Positions 57,601 to 64,000 of a stretch of 64,000 nt of DNA are shown piece after piece. The first letter of the stretch is position 1, and the number at the start of each line of letters is the position of its first letter. The DNA comes from Schizochytrium sp. TIO01 (lineage: Eukaryota > Protista > Bigyra: Labyrinthulomycetes): assembly GCA_004764695.1 (NCBI GenBank), contig SMSO01000032.1, positions 4,682,483-4,746,482 on the forward strand, read 5' to 3'. The notes beneath the pieces are model-generated. The model was not told where the DNA came from and searched no databases. It saw nothing but the letters and a program-made list of their open reading frames with translations. The position numbers and the translations under genes were made by a program.

Positions 57601-59632
57601 TCAAAAACGACGGGTGCACATGCTTATCGCTTGTCGAGTCTGTGGTGGCTGTGGATGGCTTCGATGTCAAGTCTCACCCAAAGGAGGGCTCTTGCAACAC
57701 TGTGCTTATTGTGAACCTTTAGTTAACCCAAATTACTCTGAAGCAAAACATCGATCGCTTGGGGACTTTACTTGCAAAATGCTACCATACCGCACATGGA
57801 GACTCTTTTGAGTTATTGCTTCCCTTCGAAGGCAAGCATGATGAAGCGCTCGATTTGAACGTTCTCAAATGAACATAGTTGATACAGCTTCAATCATCTC
57901 TGAAACGGGAAGAAGCGCTAGAATGTCACTGTGAGCGTGCATATTCCTATTATTTTTTGGCATGATGGTCTCGCAATGTATTGTGTGCTAAATGTGTGTG
58001 CGCGGACATGGTGTCAGTGACTGCAAAGTACGCACCTCCTCACGGTGGGAAGATGTTACACCACACCCAAAAGCCGGGTGCCAAAGCATGGGTGGAGGGA
58101 GGAGTGCACTGGATGGTGGAACGCTACTCACCCTTGATAATCAATGAGTAATGAAGAAGGTGTTGAGGAGACCCTGACATGTCCAGGGGTGAAAGGTTGG
58201 TATCCCGCCTAAACATGTGCTGTTTTCCCTTAGGCCAAACGAGATTTCACTTGTTAGACTCGTGTGTGCAAGAGACGTGTGTGAACCTGACTGCGTATTG
58301 TACAGGGGGCTAGAGTCTAATCAAACTTATAGTCGTTAGTCATAGTACTTGAAAGCTAGACGAGGATATACCTCTCCGAATTCTCTGTAGTTTGCTAATT
58401 ATTAATTGCTCTCGAATCTCGACCCCAAACCAGTAAAACCATGATGACATGCTTCATAAAACACAAGTATGGAATTTTCTGCCTTCGACTTTCATAAGTG
58501 AAAACATGATGATGTCTTCAATGGGAAGAGATAAAGTCTCATGGACGGCACCCCCTGAAGGCATGATGATTCAATTACGGCGTTCTTATTTCTCACTATG
58601 ATTCCATTTTAGCCTCGTCACGAGGAGCTTCGTCATGCACCTAGTTTGCGTGCAAGATATGCTTGTGAGAATAATAGTAACTAACGAGTTTGGCTGAGAT
58701 ATGCAGCGCCAAGAAGCTGTGTACCTTTTATACTTTCTGTACTCATCTAGACACGGATCAGTTGATGGCAAGATAAGGGTCTGCTCGAAAAGCCAAACCA
58801 ACAACCGGGTAGCGAATCAAACTGAATAAGCTACGCGCATGCATACATCCCCGCAAAAGAAATTTGATCATACTGCAATGTTATTATTAAACCACATATA
58901 TACCACCAATCAAAGAGAGCAACTAGCAATAAAAGTGGCACGCCTTCATAATGCAGATCTCAGATTTCATCTTTTGTTTTGTACCACACATCGCTCCTTT
59001 AGTTGAATTTTATTTGCTCTGCTTTCTACAGCCATGTCGTTCACAAAGCTTCGCGCTTTAATCTTAACTATTAAGATCCAACGTCCAGTCACAAACGCGT
59101 CCAACCTGTGGTTTGCTTTAACTTATTTTCCATTACAGGCTTGCTTTCAAAGCAACCTTCATCGCTCGACATTTCTTTTGACAGACGACCCATTTCCTGC
59201 CTCACGATCCAACATCTCTGCTCTGTAGTACCAGTCGTTGCATGTTTGCTCCCAACCTTAATATACAAAATATACTATAAAGACTCCACCTTGACATTTT
59301 CGAGCTTCGCTGTATTAGATTGTTGCGAAGCTCTCTGAATGCCTGTATTCATTCATGTTGTCATCGAGAAAGAACGAGCGCCTGGCTCATGTTCAAGGTA
59401 GTTATTTCAACTTTCGAGATAGCTCATAAATAGGAACAGTAAGAAAATACTAGGTAGGTAGGTACTTAGTGCATAATTTTAATGATGAAAGAACAAGGTC
59501 AACACAAGCCTATCTTGGCGCCTTCGGCAATACAACTCGAAGAGCACAGACCTCTGAAACAAGATAACCCTCTGCGCTTGAGCGCAGAGGAGCACTGACT
59601 CAATAGTCTCTCGTACACGTTCTCCCTCTACA

Positions 59633-60979
59633 ATGTGGTTTGTCCTCGACAATGGTGGCTTCTTTGTCAAATGTGGCGTGGCAGAAGAGATGGTCTCCGC
59701 CGCACGAGAGGCTCTTGGTGCCGCTCCCGAAAAGCTTAACCTGAAGGAACGAAATGAGGCTATCCGGAGAGCTGCGACAGCCATGGTGACCCTCGTCCCC
59801 AACTGCACTGCGCGAATGAAGAAAGATGCCGGGTCGGTGTTTGTGGGAACTGAAGTGGAAAAGGTCCAGGACCAAGACAGTGCTCGTTTGAGCTTTACAA
59901 GACCACTTGAACGCGGATACCTAACCAACGTCGAGTGCCAACAACAAATTTGGGAGCAAGTTTTTGAAACATGCGGCCTTGAGGGTCCTTCATCAATCAC
60001 AGGTCTCATTCTTACGACGCCGAGCTTCGTGCCCAAGGAAATTCAAACAGCCACTGAAACACTGCTTCGAGCACATTTTGGTATTAAAAATATCATTTTG
60101 GCGCACCCAGCTGAACTAGCAGCTCGCGATGCAGATGCCGGGCCCTTTTGTATTGTTGTGGACTCGGGATACTCGTTCACGCATGTTGTACCAGTTATTG
60201 ACGGCCGCGTGTTTGAGCCTGGTGTGCGCAGACTCGACGTTGGCGGCAAGCTTCTCACAAATTACCTTCGCGAGCTGGTTTCATATGGCCAGATTAATCT
60301 TCAAGATGAGACAAATATTGTTGACAAAATGAAACAAGACGTGTGTTTCGTCTCGCTCAATATTGAGGCTGATCTCAAACTCCTTGCAAACCTAGAGCGC
60401 CAGCCAAGCCTTCCTGTTAGAGAGCGGATGCCTTTGATCGACCGCCGTGCCTTGGAGGCACAGTACACGCGTCGCTACGTTCTACCAGATTTTCAAACCA
60501 CCATGGAGGGCTATGTTTTGCCGTCCAATACAGACAATGAGGATATTCTCCGTCTGAAGAACCAAACAATCGCACTAAAGTCCGAGTGTTTTATGGTCCC
60601 CGAGCTTCTTTTCAGCCCAAACGACCTAGGACTGTATCAAGCAGGCCTTCCACAAATCGTCGAAGATGTCATCAACCTTTGTCCTCGGGAACTTCACGTC
60701 GCACTTCGTAGAAATGTCCTTCTTACTGGAGGTACTACACAGTTCCCAAATTTTGCTGAGCGCCTCTCTCAGGAACTTGGTCCCTCTTATTCCATTCGCC
60801 ACGTTGCAGACCCCATCAGGGCAGCTTGTTTTGGTGGTCGTTGTAAGGCACCCATTGTAACCCCGCAACCCACTAATTTAGCTGCTAGTCCGCAAAGTTC
60901 AGGCCCAGTGGCAACTCCACAGCCTCACCTTCTGGATGCTATCTCGCAAGCGAATCCTCCTGCAGCTGATGCACCTTGA
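59633..60979 (+). CDS. ARP6: Actin-related protein 6 (SWR1/SRCAP complex subunit)
   Basis: VLDNGG, RPLERGYLTN, VVDSGYSFTHVVP, RRLDVGGKLLTNYLRELVSY..NLQDETNIV..MKQDVCFVS, YVLPDF, FMVPELLFSPNDLG. Confidence 0.88.
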   Translation: MWFVLDNGGFFVKCGVAEEMVSAAREALGAAPEKLNLKERNEAIRRAATAMVTLVPNCTARMKKDAGSVFVGTEVEKVQDQDSARLSFTRPLERGYLTNVECQQQIWEQVFETCGLEGPSSITGLILTTPSFVPKEIQTATETLLRAHFGIKNIILAHPAELAARDADAGPFCIVVDSGYSFTHVVPVIDGRVFEPGVRRLDVGGKLLTNYLRELVSYGQINLQDETNIVDKMKQDVCFVSLNIEADLKLLANLERQPSLPVRERMPLIDRRALEAQYTRRYVLPDFQTTMEGYVLPSNTDNEDILRLKNQTIALKSECFMVPELLFSPNDLGLYQAGLPQIVEDVINLCPRELHVALRRNVLLTGGTTQFPNFAERLSQELGPSYSIRHVADPIRAACFGGRCKAPIVTPQPTNLAASPQSSGPVATPQPHLLDAISQANPPAADAP

Positions 60980-61735
60980 ATTGTAAGGAACACACCACCA
61001 ATAAGAAGACTAATAGAGTACCGCGTGATCAAAATTTGCAAGCTCTCAGGTTTATCTGCGAGTAGGCATTTCAAGGATTCATTTATGTAAGGTTGCAGAG
61101 CATTATGTTGTTGTGGTTGAAAAAAAATTCCATATCTCTTAAAATCAACTTCAAAATGTTAGTAAAAATAACAAGCCTGCAATGTTAAGATGTATTAATA
61201 GCTTTACCGTGACTCACATAGAATAATCTCATGTTTTTATGCGCTTTTCATTCTCAAATTCAAAGAGTTTGTTTCATATATGACTGCAATTGTCACAAGG
61301 GCAACGACAACACTGTAGATATTGACTCAACTTCCCCGTAGTATGATCATTCTGTTTTGGCAGTCTTTCAATTTAATTTTTCAATGATCCAAATTTGATC
61401 ACAATCACTATCAGTAGCCCGGACCCGGCAGCACATATGTGGGCTATCTGAGCCACAAATTTGGTCTCTTCAATGAAGCGGTTCGTCCAGTGCAAGACGT
61501 CCAGCAGGTGGGGATGAAACGCTTTGCATCATGAAGTCATTGAGCATAGCAGTGCGAATAGCAAAAGAGGATTCTATACGTCGTATAGACCTGGTGCAGC
61601 TGTTCAATATTTTGTATCTACTGTGACACAAAATCAAACCATTCAATTGATGAAAATCTTGCCAGTCGCTTGGAAAGTCGACCAAGTCTTGCTTGCAAGG
61701 GAGGGAGGTTGCGTCAGAGATACCATGCAAGCGCC

Positions 61736-62436
61736 TTACTCATCCGCTGAATCATAGTCGTCGTAGAAGATGTTCCGGAGGTTTTCTCGATCGATGCCTC
61801 CCTGCCCCTTCTACTGCCGTATGAACCAACTTGCGTCGGCCAGTGAAAATCAAAACAACGAACTGTCTTCCCGATTGGAAATTGAGAGAGTAAAGTACAA
61901 AGTGAGGATTGTCTCCTTTGTAGAAGATTGCCTCTTTATGAGCTTTGTAAGGGTCTTCATCAGCTCCGGCAATGCACATTCCAACGTTGCCAGCTGCTGC
62001 ATTGTAAACACTTTGGCGACGCGGTCAGATTCTTCGATCCATCAATCCAACCTCGGACCATAACATAATTTTTCCCGGCGAGCTTGAGCCTCCGAACTTT
62101 TGGATCAGCAAACTGATACGCCTGCATAGCTCTTCTCAATGCATTTTGTCGCAAATCTAATTCACGTAAAGCCATCTCTTCTCACTGGTGTAAGAACTCC
62201 AAGTAAGCATCAACATTTTCATAAAGCCATTTATACGGCCAAGATTGCTGTTCGAATAACTCCTCATCCTTATCCTCATCCGCTGCCTCTTCAAACCGTT
62301 TGATCGCGTCCTTAACTTTTCTCAAGCTTCTAATCCACATCAAACTTTTGCTGGTTTGCTGGGCAACCCGGCACTCGCTCTCAGTTTCGTCTATAAGCTC
62401 ATCTGCTTGATGATCAACTCGTCCACAGGAATAGTT
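61736..62436 (-). pseudogene. Decayed coding remnant of unknown family (in-frame TGA plus frameshifts)
   Basis: Protein-like reading ...KVKDAIKRFEEAADEDKDEELFEQQSWPYKWLYENVDAYLEFLHQ*EEMALRELDLRQNALRRAMQAYQF... with TGA at 62182-62184. It continues only through frame changes, ending ...RNIFYDDYDSADE*. Confidence 0.5.
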
Positions 62437-62695
62437 CTAAAGGCCCAGTACTGACTGACCTTGTCACCGGTCTGTGAGTGTTTCGGTTCCTCGTACCTCT
62501 TCGCGAGCCCTATGGCGTGTCTCCAGTCGTGCGGTTCTGCTCTTTCCCCTGGGTACCTTATCTTTTCTGCTCTTGGTTGAAAAGGGTACTCTAGGTACCT
62601 TGGTAGTACACATATTTTATTTAGATATCAAGCTCAAGTACTTCAAACCGCAAACAGAGGCCCCTCCTGCAAGCCTCCAGGAAGTGCAAAGGACC

Positions 62696-64000
62696 ATGTC
62701 TGCGTCGCCATCATGGGTTACAGTGGCGGCCTTTGCGGTCGCCTCTACTACCGTTTTACTGCGCGCTCGGAGTCTCGAGATCGGCAAGACCGTCCGCAAC
62801 CAGGTCCAGGGCGGCCCTGTTAACACGGAGTCCACTGCACCCAAGGCGGAGTATAGCTCTCAAAACCTCGGAGACGACGACCACTCGCAGTCGGAGCCAA
62901 ATGAAATCATCGCAGGTTCGGCAAAGACCCATCTCAGCGGCCCTGCGACACGCGCTGCTCATGAGGCGGCGATTCCCGATGAGCTAGTAGCCAAGATTCC
63001 TGATCGAGAGAAGCGCGTTTTGTGCTTTTTCTTAGACTTTTTCAAGTGGAGCGAAATGCCGATTGATGCGGTGCTGATTAATGGTGGATATGTGCGTGAT
63101 CTTTTGCTCAACAAACATCCAGATGACTTGGACATTAGTCTGTGTCTAAGTGATTGCAGCGAGGACGTCACAGTGAGCTCCATTCTCCTGGAGATGCCAA
63201 ATTTCATTGCTGAGATTGGCGCGGAAAAGGTTTTAGAGATTTACGGGTTTTCGACCTTCAAGTCTGTGGATATTCAAGGAGATGTTACGAAGGACAAGAA
63301 TTTGGATACTGCTAAAGCCGTATTCGGATACGCAGAGGCTGGTGAACCACCCCTTGATGTCGATGTCATGCCAACTATTGGTGAAGAAAGCTATGATGAG
63401 GACAGCAACCGCATCCCCACTCGTGATCAACGCGGAACCCCTCTCCAAGATGCTCTTCGACGCGATCTGACCATTGGCGCGATGCTGGTCAAGGTGCAGA
63501 AACCGGAATCTGAAATCCGTGGTCTCGTTCCGCTGCAGTGGACACTACTTGATTATTATGGGGGGCTTGAGGACCTGCGCAATGCTGTCCTTCGCGCTCC
63601 TCACCCTCCTACAGTAGATGTGGATCTCCTTTTCTCGAAGGAGGATCGCATGCTTGCCAAGGCTGTTGGTTTAGATGTTTCTTCTGTCCAGGATGTGTGG
63701 TGGGTTAAAATTCTCCGCGATGATCCCCTGCGTATTGTTAGAGCTTTCCGTTTTGCTGCAAAACTGGACTTTCAAATTCACGAAAGTTTCTGGAAGGCTC
63801 TTCCATTTGCGCTGGACAGTCTGAAATCAAAGGTTGCAGGCTCACGTAAGATGACTGAAATCACCAAAATGGCAAAGTATGGCAATGAAAAGATCATTGG
63901 CCTCTTCAAGTTGTGCTTTCGAAAGCGTTTTATTCATGATGTGGAGGGCAACGAAACTTGCCTTGCAACTGGCATTTTCGGTGGTCAAGATTCAAACTCT
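62696..64000 (+). CDS. Class II tRNA nucleotidyltransferase (CCA-adding / poly(A) polymerase head family), 3'-partial
   Basis: Open to the window end. Motif A GGYVRDLLLNKHPDDLDI, motif B QDALRRDLTI, motif C LDYYGGLEDL, motif D RDDPLRIVRAFRFAAKL. The N-terminal extension may be a targeting peptide. Confidence 0.92.
   Translation, partial: MSASPSWVTVAAFAVASTTVLLRARSLEIGKTVRNQVQGGPVNTESTAPKAEYSSQNLGDDDHSQSEPNEIIAGSAKTHLSGPATRAAHEAAIPDELVAKIPDREKRVLCFFLDFFKWSEMPIDAVLINGGYVRDLLLNKHPDDLDISLCLSDCSEDVTVSSILLEMPNFIAEIGAEKVLEIYGFSTFKSVDIQGDVTKDKNLDTAKAVFGYAEAGEPPLDVDVMPTIGEESYDEDSNRIPTRDQRGTPLQDALRRDLTIGAMLVKVQKPESEIRGLVPLQWTLLDYYGGLEDLRNAVLRAPHPPTVDVDLLFSKEDRMLAKAVGLDVSSVQDVWWVKILRDDPLRIVRAFRFAAKLDFQIHESFWKALPFALDSLKSKVAGSRKMTEITKMAKYGNEKIIGLFKLCFRKRFIHDVEGNETCLATGIFGGQDSNS

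Noticed and set aside
57461-57811. 116-aa ORF with CRVCGGCG...CAYC resembling a zinc finger
   Set aside because: Short, with no recognisable family spacing and overlapping ORFs of similar quality in other frames. Likely chance.
62182-62184. In-frame TGA as selenocysteine or readthrough
   Set aside because: Context HQ*EE is not a redox motif, frameshifts follow, and no SECIS was recognised downstream on that strand.
9250-64000. Functional clustering of tRNA maturation (POP1, CCA enzyme) or DNA repair/chromatin genes (RPA3, PARP-like, FHA-RING, ARP6)
   Set aside because: The genes are tens of kb apart and interleaved with unrelated genes. Compatible with chance in a compact eukaryotic genome.
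1-64000. CRISPR arrays, rRNA, tRNA, intact transposons or viral genes
   Set aside because: No repeat-spacer arrays, cloverleaf or rRNA signatures, or transposase, RT or capsid ORFs were recognised by eye. A tRNAscan/Rfam run would be needed to exclude small RNAs.

Overview
Gene-dense, intron-poor eukaryotic nuclear DNA of mid-range GC, with canonical GT-AG introns near 5' ends and long (CTTT)n/(AAAC)n microsatellites. Gene content and style suggest a stramenopile protist, probably a thraustochytrid (inference). About 17 protein-coding genes were identified: a bromodomain/WHIM/WW chromatin protein (5'-partial), RPA3, an HD hydrolase, a dPGM-type phosphoglycerate mutase, POP1, PRELI/MSF1, a multi-TM protein, a catalytic-less PARP-ZnF/PADR1 protein, TMEM144, an SLC26/SulP transporter, an IQ/EF-hand protein, a ~1950-aa PAN/Apple surface protein split by one frameshift, CBS-PB1-TM, an FHA-RING ligase, an AP2 transcription factor, ARP6 and a tRNA nucleotidyltransferase (3'-partial). 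There is also at least one decayed pseudogene. No rRNA, tRNA, CRISPR array or intact mobile element was recognised. Best leads: (1) the frameshift-split surface protein with a possibly bacterial-type beta-hairpin core; (2) a recurrent intergenic palindrome TAGGTACCTA; (3) an SLC26 with apparent charge relocation in the anion pocket; (4) a nucleotidyltransferase with a degenerate A-addition loop motif; (5) a PARP sensor lacking its catalytic domain. All family calls are from motif recognition by eye, not from database searches.
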